Positions 14,901 through 29,379 of a stretch of 64,000 nucleotides of DNA are shown piece after piece. This DNA is from Eledone cirrhosa. Taxonomy: Eukaryota. Positions within the stretch are counted from its first letter, which is position 1; every line of letters begins with the position of its first letter. The position numbers and the translations under genes were made by a program. The notes beneath the pieces were generated by a model. It did no database searches. It was not told the origin of the DNA and was given only the letters and a program-made list of their open reading frames with translations. Location: the NCBI GenBank assembly GCA_964016885.1, contig OZ024755.1, positions 30,752,001 through 30,816,000 of the forward strand, written 5' to 3'.

Positions 14901-15472
14901 CCATCTTCCTGCTATATCAAGCGTTAACCTAATATATTCCTTCCATATACTGTACCGATTGTGTTGTTATGTAATGTATGTATGCATGTATGCATGTATG
15001 TAGGGAGAGATGACCCCTTAGCCTTTGTCAAGGCAGAATTCTAGGAGAAGGAAAACTCTGATATAACACCTGCAACCCTGATGGTATCCAATGATGTTGA
15101 CTTGTTCTTCTTTTTGGTAAATATCATCTTGGTTAAGAGAGTGGGACTGGCTTTGTGCAGTGCCTTTGCTCACTATAAAAGCTTCACGGCACAGGCATTG
15201 CTTTATATCTGGAGATCTCTGATCTCTGATCTCTCTACACTTGTCGTCATATGGTACCATGGGCCCAGCACTATGTGTCAATAATTGTCACAAGTGTAGT
15301 GTTTGTACCAGAGTTTTCAAGTCGCTGGCTGGACTAAAAAGGCACACTCGTTCAGCGCATCGGTAAGGGTTCTCCTACATGGATATAAAGTAGTGGCCGT
15401 ACTCGAAAAAGAGTTGGCAGCCACCATGTGTGTGTGTGTGTTTATGTGTGTGTGTGTGTGTGTGTGTGTGTT

Positions 15473-15506
<34 letters not shown>

Positions 15507-15715
15507 ATTGTGTACGTGTGTGTGTGTACGTGTGTGTATGTGTACGTTATGTAGGTAAACGAAATCAGCCACTCATATAATGTTTTGTGCCACAAATCTT
15601 GTGCGTGTTTACTGACACTATAAAAACAAGTTAATGAGATCTATAGTAAACAAATGACGCTTTTTTCTTTTAAACACACATTGTAAATGTGTGTGTGTAT
15701 GTATGTATGTATGTA

Positions 15716-15746
<31 letters not shown>

Positions 15747-15914
15747 CAGATTGGGTGTGGCAAAAACCAGGTAGACTATAACCTACCAGAGTACTTGATA
15801 CTTGGAATAGTAGAGTGGGTAATACGAAAAGATTCAGGAACCCGCCGGCTGAGCTCCGGTCGTTTCGACAGTTAGATCCGTAACGGCCGGAGCTCAGTCG
15901 TCTGGGTCCTGAAT

Positions 15915-15960
<46 letters not shown>

Positions 15961-17044
15961 GCACCAGAACGGACTCCGTTAAAATGACCCAAGGATTACG
16001 TTGTGGTGTTGAGCATAACAATGGATTAAGTCTACCTCCAAAGAACACTCAAATAAACCACGATAGGGTTTGTTTTAAGGAAAGTTTAAAACTGTGGACA
16101 TTTTTGAGACAGATGCAATGACCCAGTGTTTGATACTCTCTGAATCTGAGAAGCATTTGTAATTGTTATTTTAATATTGTCAGATTGTTATAGCCATCAT
16201 TTAACAAGTATGCGTATATGGTAGCAATATGTGACTCAAAATATAGACATACAGCCGAAAAATTAGATTTAGAACTATGCAAACAAGGATTAATTGCACG
16301 TTCAAATAATCACTGAACGACGTGAGCAAGTTCTTATTCCACTTTGAAAATGTGAAAATTAACACTACCCTGGTGGTAGGTTGAATAAAAAAAGATCAGG
16401 CAACTGGCCGAGTAAATCAAAATGCTGACCCAGCATGACCGCAGTGAAATTACTGAAACCAGAAACAAAAACTAATATCAAGATAGTACCTAATTAATTA
16501 TTTCGTCACCCCGTAACTCCTGATAAAGTCGTAGGAGCACCGTATTGACATATGGTGTTTCTTGGGTATTTTCTAACGTTCTAACGACGCTTACAATTTG
16601 CCGTCTCTAATCAATTATATTTACACAAAAAACTAATCGACACACCCAGTCTATTTACCTATCTACTTACCTGTCACTATACCTACTCACCTACGTATGT
16701 ATTTGTCATCCAAAATGGCTATCTTTAACAATGAGCTGACCACGTCGTTAAAGCATAGGATAAGAATAGCCCACTGTTTGTTCCGGATCACTGCGCTCTG
16801 AGTTCAAATCCCGCCGAGGTTTCAGCTTAACCTTTCATCCATTCGAGGTCAATAAAAAAAATGACCAGTCTACTACTGATATCGATTATTCCCTCTATAT
16901 TTAATGCTCACTTCCTTTCTCTCACTCTCTATCCTTCTCTGGAAGAAATCTGGTTTACTCAGGCCTGAAAAGGGGATCCGCTCTGCTATGTGTAATCCTT
17001 TCCAGGACGGTAAATCTATTAGCAATTCCATACTGAGTGTATTC

Positions 17045-17098
17045 TCCCTCTCTCTCTCTCTCTCTGTCTGTCTCTCTCTCTCTCTCTGTCTCTCTCTC

Positions 17099-17148
<50 letters not shown>

Positions 17149-17160
17149 TCTGTCTCTCTC

Positions 17161-17205
<45 letters not shown>

Positions 17206-17537
17206 CTTTCTTTCTGTCTCTCTCTCTCTTTCTTTCTCTCTTTCTTTCTGTCTCTCTTTCTTTCTGTCTCTCTCTTTCTGTCTCTCTCTTTCTGTCTCTC
17301 TCTTTCTGTCTCTCTCTTTCTGTCTCTCTCTTTCTGTCTCTCTCTTTCTGTCTCTCTCTTTCTGTCTCTCTCTTTCTGTCTCTCTCTTTCTGTCTCTCTC
17401 TTTCTGTCTCTCTCTTTCTGTCTCTCTCTTTCTGTCTCTCTCTTTCTGTCTCTCTCTTTCTGTCTCTCTCTTTCTGTCTCTCTCTTTCTGTCTCTCTCTT
17501 TCTGTCTCTCTCTTTCTGTCTCTCTCTTTCTGTCTCT
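17045..17537. repeat. (CT)n grading into a 14-bp TCTCTCTTTCTGTC-type higher-order repeat
   Basis: Directly visible polypyrimidine-rich array. Confidence 0.95.
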
Positions 17538-18372
17538 GGAAGAAATCGACTGTATTCTACCTGAGGGGGCGATAGGCTGCGCCAGGTTTAAAATTCCCAA
17601 GGCACGCCGTGTGTCAGGACCCCCCTACACGATTCCATCAGGAGTTAAGGGCCCTTTACCATTTATCTAGATGACAATCTATCAATAATTTTCTACTTCT
17701 TTATCTATCTATCTGTTTACTCTTCACCACCTACCATAATCTGTATCGATAAATGACGGCGGGAAAGATATATAATTGTGTGGGGGTCGGGGGGTGTTCA
17801 ATCGGGGGTAACCACAATTAGTAAGGTACTCAATACATTAGTAGAGTGTAAACATCAAATTTAATATAGAAATGGCTTCTACACGACTAGAACTGTTTCA
17901 TTCAATGAGTCCTTTTGAATGAAGCAGTTCTAGTCCCGTAGAAGCCATTTGTGTATTAAACTTGGAACTAGCTGTTGAAACGGCAAGAGCTCAGCTGTCG
18001 GGGTCCTGATTCATTCATATAACCATATTCCACTACCGCAACTATCGAGTACTCTGGTGAATAATCGTCTAACCATTTTTTAACTGAATCCATCCTGATT
18101 ATATATATATGTATATAAGAAACGATCGACTTTCGTCAAATCGGACCGAGGAAACAATGTTTCCATTGGTCTTTCCAATTGCTAATACTATCTATCTAAT
18201 ACTATCTTGCGACCGATAGATAGTATTAGCAATTGGAAAGACGCTGCTGTGGCGTATTTATTTACTGTTTCTTTATAGATGCCTTTTATTCTTATAGCCT
18301 GGTCTAATTGATTTTTTGTGTGGTTAATTATGCTGATTAGCAAATAATTCTCTGTACATGATTTACTCTATA

Positions 18373-18410
<38 letters not shown>

Positions 18411-18420
18411 CTTTTTTTTT

Positions 18421-18623
18421 CAATGGCTGACAATACCTTACCGGCGCCACTCGAATAAGGTAGTTATTTAACCCATAAATGGAGCCCTAACAGGTACTAC
18501 CACCCCGGGCCAGGGTAGACCTGGGAGTCATGACAACTAAGGGGTAACTCCACATTCCTCACATCTCCTGAACTCCCGAACTGGAGCCTTGCTACTGGAT
18601 GTAGTTTAATGTCATACCCAGGA
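18421..18623. repeat. Dispersed ~200-bp repeat of unknown class (second copy 39570-39773)
   Basis: Near-identical CAATGGCTGACAATACC...GTCATACCCAGGAC at both sites. Confidence 0.75.
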
Positions 18624-18625
18624 CT

Positions 18626-18770
18626 AGGAGAGGAAGACCAAGGTTAACGTATGTTGATGCCCTAAGGACAGACACTGGTCTGTTGGAGATGCAGGACATG
18701 GCAGCGATAATGAGGGACAGAGACCGCTGGAGAGAACTCGTCCATGGATCTCGGGAATTTTACCCGCCTT

Positions 18771-18772
<2 letters not shown>
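18626..18772 (+). mobile_element. RTE-like LINE 3' end (second family)
   Basis: RRGRPRLTYVDALRTDTG...MRDRDRWRELV followed by (TA)n. Confidence 0.6.
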
Positions 18773-18808
<36 letters not shown>

Positions 18809-19299
18809 TATATATTTGTTTGTTTTGCAAGGTGTTTTATATGAAATCGTGTGTCGAAACAAATATTGTTATACTTGGGGAGTGTCATATTGTTATAATT
18901 GTTTCTGCTTTTGGCACAAGGCCAGCAATTCACCAGTGCATTACTGGTACTTTATTTTCTCGACCCCGTAAGGATGAAAGGCAAAGTCAACCTCGGCGGG
19001 ATTTGAACTCATTATTGCCAGAAATAATAACAGAATACACTCACTGTTTGGTTTGGATTTGTTTTCGCTTCTGTATCTTCTATATCTCCCTAGTTAATTT
19101 ATTTGGCAATCAATGTTTATCATTGATAGACCAACAGTGAAAAAATACAGATATAAATATATATGTATAGTCTATCAAAGTTCTTTCGATACACATCTGT
19201 GACATCATCAGTGGTACTATTATGTTTCCTCCCGTTGTATTGTATTGTAATGCCTACGCCATTTTTATTTTATTTATTTCTTCTTGTCTAGGTCTCGGT

Positions 19300-20070
<771 letters not shown>

Positions 20071-20072
20071 TA

Positions 20073-21544
20073 TCCCTTGCCGTGAATTACCGTCCAATCT
20101 CACTCACCTCTCATATCATTAAGGTATTTGAGCGAGTGGTGAGATCGCGAATGACCCACTTCCTTGAGAGTAACAATATGCTGAACTCCAACCAGCATGG
20201 ATTCCGTAATGGAAGGGATTGCCTGACGCAACTACTGCATCACTTTGATGACATTTTGAGAGCCTTGGGAGAGGGTTCCAACACTGATGTTATCTACCTT
20301 GATTTCAGCAAGGCCTTTGACAGGGTTGATCATAACATTCTACTGAGAAAGCTGTCCAATATTGGTGTCACTGGAAAGCTGCTGCAGTGGATCAAGAGCT
20401 TCCTGTCAAACAGAACCCAACATGTTGTAGTTGAGGGAGTCAAATCAAGCCCAGCCAAAGTCAGTAGTGGAGTCCCACAAGGCACTGTGTTGGGCCCACT
20501 TCTCTTCATCATCTATATTAATGACATCACTGACATCATCAAACACAGCAACATTAAAATTTTCGCTGATGATTCCAAGCTCCAAAAGGTCATCAATGGC
20601 GTGGATGACCGGATAAGCCTTCAGTCAGACCTACTGGCTGTTACCCAATGGGCAGAAAAGAACAACATGTTACTGAACGAAGACAAATTCGAACTGATCC
20701 ACTTTGGAAAAGAGGATGCTCTGAAACTCCCGTACTCCCTTCCCTCCGGGGAAACTCTCGTGGCATCTAACAACATCAGAGACTTGGGAGTAACCGTGGA
20801 CAGCAACATAAGCTGGACCACGCATATAAGCAGCAAAGTTGACATGGCCCGCAGAATGTGTTCCTGGATCCTCAGAACCTTCCAGTCGAGAGATTCCCGC
20901 ACCATTATCCTTCTCTTCTCTACTTTCGCCCGACCACACCTTGAATACTGTTGTCCACTGTGGTCTCCCCACACGAAACAAAGTATCATGAAACTTGAAG
21001 CTCCTCAAAGGGCAATCACGAAAAAGATAGATGGCATGTCAGACCTTGACTACTGGGGTCGATTGGAAAACCTGAAACTTTACTCACTCCAACGTCGCCG
21101 TGAGCGTTATATTATCTGCATGATGTGGAAAATGTTCCATCATCACTGCCCAAATGATGTTGGCATCGCCTTCAAGATACACCCAAGGCTTGGGCCCCGT
21201 GCTATCCGTCCCATTCAAAAATCTAAATCGCAACTCATAACAACAATACGGCACAATTATTTCACCTCAATCGGCCCTGCTCTCTTCAACATCACACCAG
21301 GACACGTCAAAACAGAAACTGACCACACAAAATTCAAGAAGTCTTTGGACAAATTCCTCCAAGTAATCCCGGACAAACCACCCACACCCGGATATGTCTC
21401 CGCAAACAGTAATTCTCTTCTCGAATGGGCCATGGTGCCCAAATCCTGAATTGAAAGACTTCGCCAGGTGGTGCTATTAAGTTAGACATGGCCTGGGCCA
21501 ATACTGGCCAAAACATTTCAAAGTTATTCAAAGTTATTCAAAGT

Positions 21545-21546
<2 letters not shown>
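20073..21546 (+). mobile_element. 5'-truncated CR1/L2-group LINE, near-identical to the copy at 1-1326
   Basis: Open RT frame from NYRPISLTS to stop at 21449. Tail (TTCAAAGTTA)3. (TA)n on both flanks. Confidence 0.95.
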
Positions 21547-21638
<92 letters not shown>

Positions 21639-21639
21639 C

Positions 21640-21684
<45 letters not shown>

Positions 21685-21755
21685 TACATATACATATATA
21701 CATATATATATATATATACATATATACATATACATATATACATATATATATATAC

Positions 21756-21786
<31 letters not shown>

Positions 21787-21851
21787 CATATATACATATA
21801 CATATATACATATATATATATACATATATATATATACATATATATATATAC

Positions 21852-21904
<53 letters not shown>

Positions 21905-21913
21905 CATATATAC

Positions 21914-21977
<64 letters not shown>

Positions 21978-22185
21978 AAGAAAAGAGACAGTTCGGATCT
22001 AGCTGTCGAAATGGCCGGAGCTCAGCCATCGGGGTCCTGACTCTTTTCCTATTACCCACTCTACTACCCTAAGTATCGAGTACTCTGGTGCGTTATGGTC
22101 CACCTGGTATCTTACCACAGCCTCTTATATATATATATATATGTATATTAATACGATCGAAACTTTAGTGACCCACAGAAGATAG

Positions 22186-23005
22186 ATTTCTTTATTTACC
22201 ATAAAGGCATAAAAAGAAGGGACAAATACAAAGGGGGAGTTTACATATAATCGAGTAAAAAGGGTGTAACATGAAAATAATCGAAAATAACCTCAAAAGG
22301 GAGGGGACGTGATGGGGGTTGCACACACCCCCGAAAAAGTGTGCAATCCTTTGCCCGGGGAGCACATGGAGAAGGTGCTCCCCTCTCCTTTACTTCTTTA
22401 CCTACAGGATGGTATACAGAGAAGGCCCATTTACACGAGCCATTCTCGCCACTATCACCCACCTTTCATAAAACTGCCTGTGGCCAAGCACCTCTCTCTC
22501 CACTCTTATCCTTCTTCCGAAGTGATATCGGAAGAAGTAGACCAGACTATGGCCAGAGAGGAAGTTGCCTGACCTCAGACCTTTCAATCGTGTCCACCAA
22601 ACAACTTCTTTCAACATGGCTATTACGCACAGAAAAACCGCCTTTGCTTCCTTTGTGAAGAGGGGAGGCGGTTTGATTGTCATCACGGACTCGGCGGTCA
22701 ATTTAATCGGCGCCACCCGCGACAGCAGTCGTTCGGCGTAGCCCCACAGATCAGCCACGCCCGGACATTGCACCAATGCGTGCGCAACGGTTTCTTCGTG
22801 ACGCACGCATCTAGGGCAAATCTTTTTTGAGGGATCCCTGCCCGGGCGCCCGTGTCTGTAGAGCCTCTCTCGAACGAGTAGAGCCCCCCGGTAGCACTGC
22901 CAGGCCAGTGACTTCTGGAAGTTGTCCATTGGTCCTGGGCCGAAAGTCCTACCGAACAGGCTGGCCAGTTCGTCTTCTTCCATGTCCAGCGACTCTCCAA
23001 GGGTG
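22186..23005 (-). mobile_element. 5'-truncated L1/Tx1-like LINE with 20-bp target-site duplication
   Basis: zf-RVT-like CPRC...EETVAHALVQC. 3' end AATAAAGAAAT. TAGTGACCCACAGAAGATAG duplicated at 22166-22185 and 23006-23025. Confidence 0.85.
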
Positions 23006-23121
23006 TAGTGACCCACAGAAGATAGTCGATGTGCAGGAATTGTACTTGTGTTGTGTTCTCACACACGTTTTCTAAATAACATTTATTGGTAACCACACAG
23101 CCTAGCTCTCGCTTTGAATTC

Positions 23122-23152
<31 letters not shown>

Positions 23153-23782
23153 TTGACTTTCATCAAATCGGACCGAGGAAACAATGTTTCCATCGGCCTT
23201 TCCAATAGCTAATACTCTCTATCGGTCGCAAACCCATGTAGAAAGATAAACGTGAAATAAAGTGTCTTGTCCATGGACATAACGCATCCCCCGATTCGCG
23301 AATAGAACTCCCACCATCACGATTGCAAATCCAATTCTCTAACTACTCAGGCACGACTTTATCAGGAGTTAAGGGAGACCAAATAATTGAAAAGCTATCG
23401 CTAGAGGACAAACAATTCCTGGGAAATAATGTAGGAAGACAGAATTTAAAACAACGGATTGAGAGAGAGAGAAGAAGGAAATAAAGGAGTGAAAGAGAGG
23501 AAGAGGTGAAAAGATGAAAGACGAAATATCACGGAATGTCACGGAAGTTGAGAATACGCTGCTTTACTAAAAGTTAGGAAAAAAACAGTAAAAGTTCGTC
23601 GTTGTTGTTGTTTAACCCCAGGTCGGTCGTGGTTGAGCTATGGAGGCCTATGTTTAAAGGCGTCTGAAACATAACCATACCATCTTTGGGAGTTTATATA
23701 AACTACAGCAGAAACTTATTTATAGCTGTCCTTGTTTTTCACCTTATTTTTTTTTTTTTTTTTTACTATACTTATTTTGCCA

Positions 23783-23831
<49 letters not shown>

Positions 23832-24135
23832 CGCTTTTATTGCTTAATTATAATGGATACTATATATCAGGCAAAACTAATCGGTGGGAGACCCAGGGGT
23901 AGACTCTGAGCAAAATGGTTGAATAACATCGATGAGCTTGGTTGGTCCCGCTGGGGGATCCAGCCGGCTCAGTTGGATACGGTTGCTTCTGACAGGACTC
24001 GTTGAAATCAATGTTTGAGGATTGTCCCCGACGGCCCTCTCGGGAATAAGTAGGAGAAGATGAAGAAGAAGGACAAGAACAAAAAACAATAACAAAATGA
24101 AAAAGAAGATTTTGTCCAATCTTAAATTGATGAAA

Positions 24136-24178
<43 letters not shown>

Positions 24179-24559
24179 TTGTTCCTATTCTAAGACTGTA
24201 GGTTGTGATTTGAGAGATGTGACTGCTCTTTCTGCCAGAATGTGCGCCGCATCCAAATGGATACACTCCCTCGATCCGAGTAAAGTTCGTATAAAATCTT
24301 TTTACCCTTCTTTACTTGAGTCAACAGGTTAACTATTTTTCCATAATCTACGGTTCGTCTGCCTCAAGAACCGTGGATCTATATCATACACATACATATA
24401 TATATATATAAATAAATATATAAATACACACACACATATACGCATATACATACATACATATATATATATATACACACATATATATATACATATATACACA
24501 CATATACATATATATATACACACATATACATATGCATATATACATCTACACATACATGC

Positions 24560-24599
<40 letters not shown>

Positions 24600-25251
24600 G
24601 CATATACGCATATACACATATATACACATATATATACACACATATATATATATATATACACATATATATATATATATACACACACATATATATATATATA
24701 TACACACATATATATATATATACATACACACATATATATATATACATACACATATATATATATACACACACATATATATATATACACACATATATATATA
24801 TACACACATATATATATACGCATATATATATATACGCATATATATATACGCATATATATATATACGCATATACATATATACGCATATACATATACGCATA
24901 TACATGCATATATATATATATGTGTGTGTGTGTATACGCACACACATATATATATATATGTGTGTGTATACGCACACACTGTCAAGAAAGACAAGATAAT
25001 GCGATAGCGAGATACATACATACACACACATTATATATATACATACATACATATGTAGTATGTGTGTATGTATATATATGTATGTGTGTATGCATGTACA
25101 TACATATGTACATACATATGTACGCACATATGTACGCACATATGTATGTACGCACATATGTATGTACGCATGTATGTATGTATGTACATACATACATATG
25201 TACATACATATGTACGCACATATGTATGTACGCACATATGTATGTACGCAC

Positions 25252-25282
<31 letters not shown>

Positions 25283-25518
25283 TGTATGTATGTACGTACG
25301 TACGTACGTATGTACGTATGTTGCTATCCCTTTATTTATCTTCTTCATTCCTTCCAGTTTATCTGTCGTCCGGTCTGTGTCTACTTTCAGCCTTATCTAT
25401 CTCACTTGTTTCCCCTCACTTTTATTATTATATCTTTTCAAAAACTTCCTCTTCTACTCTATACATCTCTCTATCTTTCTCATTCTCACACACATACCCC
25501 CGCTCTCAAGTCTTCGTT

Positions 25519-25552
<34 letters not shown>

Positions 25553-25752
25553 CTATCTCTCCCACACACTCACATATACACATATATACATATACACACC
25601 CATGTACACCCATCTATCTATCTAACCATGTATTTGTTTTACTTCCCTTTCTGATATATCTTTCTTTTCTTTTCTAATGTTTTGTTTCCCTACTCCCCGT
25701 CGCCGCTTACACCAGTCAGGTCAGTTTAGTCGATCGAGTCATAAGAAGAAAA

Positions 25753-25969
25753 ATGTTTACAGTGAAAGCTTTGCACATAGCCAGTGCATGTATGATTATC
25801 GGTGCAGTTTCTGTACTACAACCAGAACAACTCCAATATTCCGGATATTCCCTCAATGTTACGTCCACTATCATAGTGCTGGCTTTGGTTTCGATTCTTG
25901 CTTTCGCCGTATTGCCAGTGAACAGTGGCTACCCAGTGAGCAGTATCAACAAAGCTGTTGTAATAACAG
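25753..25969 (+). CDS. SDR9C-like short-chain dehydrogenase (BDH1/retinol dehydrogenase-like), coding exon 1
   Basis: ATG, hydrophobic N-terminus, ends KAVVIT+G at a phase-1 donor G|GTAGGT. Joins exon 2 to give KAVVITGCDSGFG. Confidence 0.85.
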
Positions 25970-26017
25970 GTAGGTCAAAACAAGTTTTCTTAGTCACTTG
26001 TCACTCCTTCGTGGTTG

Positions 26018-26031
26018 GATGATGATGATGA

Positions 26032-26062
<31 letters not shown>

Positions 26063-26160
26063 GAGTGGTGGTGGTGTTGTTGATGGTGGTGTTGTTGTTG
26101 TTGTTGATGGTGGTGTTGTTGATGCTGGTGGTCTTGTTGATGGTGTTGTTGTAATTGTTG
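26018..26160. repeat. GAT/GTT/GGT trinucleotide repeats
   Basis: Directly visible, in intron 1. Confidence 0.85.
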
Positions 26161-26912
26161 AGTTTAATGCTGTAAAGTGTCAAAGTTAAGATATATCTAT
26201 AACTTCATATCGAATGAATAGAAGGAAAACACACACACACACACACACACACCCCACCGTCATCGCTTCCAGCTCTCCTGTCCTTCCCCCATCTCTCACT
26301 ATTATGAGCAAATGAGGGCCCCCATTCGTTGGCCGCCCCGCATCCCCGGCGGACAGACTAGAGATGGTGTTTCACCGGAGAATGGTAAGGGAGATGCGCT
26401 GGAAGAGCTATTCCACCTCGCGAGGCTCACACCTGCGGCTAGACAGCTCAGGTGAGTAGGGAGGTAACCCTAGGGCCAAGCACACCGCTGTTAGGGGCTC
26501 CACTGCAAACCTGTCGGAGTTGTTCCATGCACTATATGGAGAAGTGTTGTGTGAGTATATGTCCGTGAAGCAACGTGCACATATACACCAGGTCGGAACA
26601 TAAACTCCCAATGTCACTGCCTCCGTCTCTCCCGCTCACCCCATCTCTCAGTATTATAAGCGTATGGGGCCCACGCGCTGGCTGCCCTGCGGTCCCGCCT
26701 GACGGAATAGAGAAAGCGTTTCCCCCAGAGGATTTAGGGAAACGCACGTACTGTTGTGTTGACAGAACTATGACTGCTATTTCGAGCAGGTCGTCCTCAT
26801 TATTGTCAAAACATGTTTATGTTCGCACGCGTATGTAAGTAGTATGACGAGGCATCTGATTTGTTTACATCTGTGCTACATTTGTGTATATACATACAGT
26901 ACCGGTTCGACA

Positions 26913-27894
26913 TACTAGCAAGAACAGGACATACTATACCACCCCTATTTTAGTAGGACTCGAACTAAATAATATAGTACTCTAGTGCTATATTGACTTC
27001 AAATTTGACAAATCACTGGATTTTGAAAGTTGATTCAATAATCGAATGAACGGTTGATACAATAATCGAAATACTTTCGAGATCCAATACTCTTTAAATA
27101 AAATATTTACAAGTTGCCAGTTCCGGTTCAGTGGTTAAGTACTTGCTCTATTACTATAGTATTATAGATTTGGGTGATATGGGGAAAATTGATCTTTGTA
27201 CGGGTAACCTTACAAAGGAAAGACACAGATGGATGAAGATAGAGTAGAGGTATTCCAAGATAGATTTAGCCAGATATTATGGAAGCTGATCGCAGGAGGG
27301 TAAACCACACGAAGAAAAGAAAAAAGTAGAAGGACGCTGTGGTAGAGGTTTTCTGTGGTAAACTTAGGCAAAAGGATCGAGAGGATCCTTTTTGTACTGT
27401 TGAGGACTTAACCTCTCTAGAGTTGAAACCACAATAACATGTGCCTATCACACTATGTAAAGAGCTTGACAATCAAATGGAGATAGTGTAATGCAAAGTG
27501 GACCCTTAGTGGTAAAGAAGATCTGTTCAACCCACACAAGCAAATATAGGGGGAGGGGGCTACCAAAATACTGATAATGAGGAGACATTAATTAGCAATA
27601 ATTAAAATTAAAATATTTACAGATTCTTTGTATTATTGCAAAAATTTCCCCAAAATAATTAAAAATACTAGCAAGAACAGAATATTCTATACCACCCCTA
27701 TTTTAGTAGGACTCGAACTAAATAATATAGTACTCTAGTGCTATATTAACTTCAAATTTGACAAATCACTGGATTTTGAAGGTTAATACAATAATCGAAA
27801 TACTTTCGAGATCCAATACTCTTTAAATAAAATATTTACAAGTTGCCAGTTCCAGTTCAGTGGTTAAGTACTTGCTCTATTACTATAGTACTAT
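26913..27894. repeat. ~230-250-bp direct repeats (26913-27165, 27665-27894) enclosing a ~490-bp segment also present at 43440-43934
   Basis: Direct comparison by eye of TACTAGCAAGAACAG...TTACTATAGTA and AGATTTGGGTGATATGG...CCCCAAAAT. Confidence 0.85.
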
Positions 27895-27933
27895 GTTTGC
27901 CTTTAACTTATATTAACCTCGGGTACATAAGGT

Positions 27934-28440
27934 CAGCAGCGTGCAGAGGGGGGGTGACGTTGCGTTGGCCCCGGGCATCCTTTGGATGGGAGCATCATTT
28001 GGGGAAAAGAACTTAAATTTGATTGATTTATATTAAAATTGAATAAAGCGTTTATTTCATGTTTCATCTGTGTTTATATATTCAAAATGTTTTCTTTTCT
28101 TATAATATTTCCCAGTATATTAGGTCTTATTCTTGAATATTAGGGGCATCTTATACTTGAATCTTAGAGGCATCTTATACTTGAATCTTAGAGGCATCTT
28201 ATACTTGAATCTTAGAGGCATCTTATACTTGAATCTTAGAGGCATCTTATACTTGAATCATAGAGGCATCTTATACTTGAATCTTAGAGGTATCTTATAC
28301 TTGAATCTTAGAGGCATCTTATACTTGAATCTTAGAGGTATCTTATACTTGAATCTTAGAGGTATCTTATACTTGAATCTTAGGGGCATTTTATACTTGA
28401 ATCAAGATTTGCCCAGGGCATCACCAGAGCTCTGCACGCG
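27934..28440. mobile_element. hAT-like MITE carrying a 24-bp minisatellite (~11 units, 28132-28403)
   Basis: Inverted GCGTGCAGAG/CTCTGCACGC near the ends, TAAGGT on both flanks, unit TTGAATCTTAGAGGCATCTTATAC. Confidence 0.65.
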
Positions 28441-29081
28441 TAAGGTTGATCCAGTACTTCTGCCAACTATTACACTTAAACTAAAACAAATTCCTATAAC
28501 AATTTCAATGACAACTGTAAATATGCAGACATACTTTTCATAGGATGTTTACTAACGCTTTTCGTACCAAACCACCTGAAACTGTCCCTGGACCTACGAT
28601 ATAAAACTGTCTATATTAAACAACCCATTTGTGGTGCTTCCCCTCTATTGGGGATTTCGATTGTTATAATTGTTTGTTTTATATTTTTTTACACGACTGT
28701 ATGTAATATCCCCGGCATGTGTCCTTGTTTTGTTCCCTTTTCTTGTGCGCCCTTGTGGCAAATAAAGAAATATATCTTAAACCCAGTGACAGAGCTAGAA
28801 TGGCTGTCGGCCATCAGTTTTCCGCCCCAGGGCCGCAACAAAAAATACTTATTGCTCTTGATATATATATATATATATCCAAGGAGTGTAACGCGAAGTT
28901 GCTGTAGGTTCACCCAGGTGAACACTTGATGTTTAGGTTCACGTCAGTGGAGAGGTGTAGAGCTAGACAGGGTGAGTAATGACATTACTACAGCAGAAGT
29001 CAGAGAAGCTCTGAGCTGATCAATAACGAAAACAGCGTTACCAATCAATAAACGTAATGAAGGCTTACCAAATCGTCCTTG

Positions 29082-29117
<36 letters not shown>

Positions 29118-29121
<4 letters not shown>

Positions 29122-29303
29122 GTTTCTACTTTAGGCACAAGGCCAGCAATTACCCAGTGGATTACTGGTACTTTATTTTATCGACCCCGTAAGGATGAAA
29201 GGCAAAGTCAACCTCGGCGGGATTTGAACTCAGATCGTAAAGGGTCGTAACTATGCTGGAAAGCATGGCGTCCGATCCTCTACCAATACTGCCAATCCAC
29301 CGC

Positions 29304-29304
<1 letters not shown>
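29118..29304 (-). mobile_element. Full-length SINE family A between (TA)n tracts
   Basis: Reverse complement of the complete family A unit. Confidence 0.88.

Positions 29305-29379
<75 letters not shown>

Noticed and set aside
26001-26183. PolyQ/polyH ORF
   Set aside because: Intronic trinucleotide repeat with no splice or domain support.
28132-28403. CRISPR-like array or LNLRGILY leucine-rich-repeat protein
   Set aside because: Contiguous 24-bp units with no spacers, eukaryotic context, inside a MITE.
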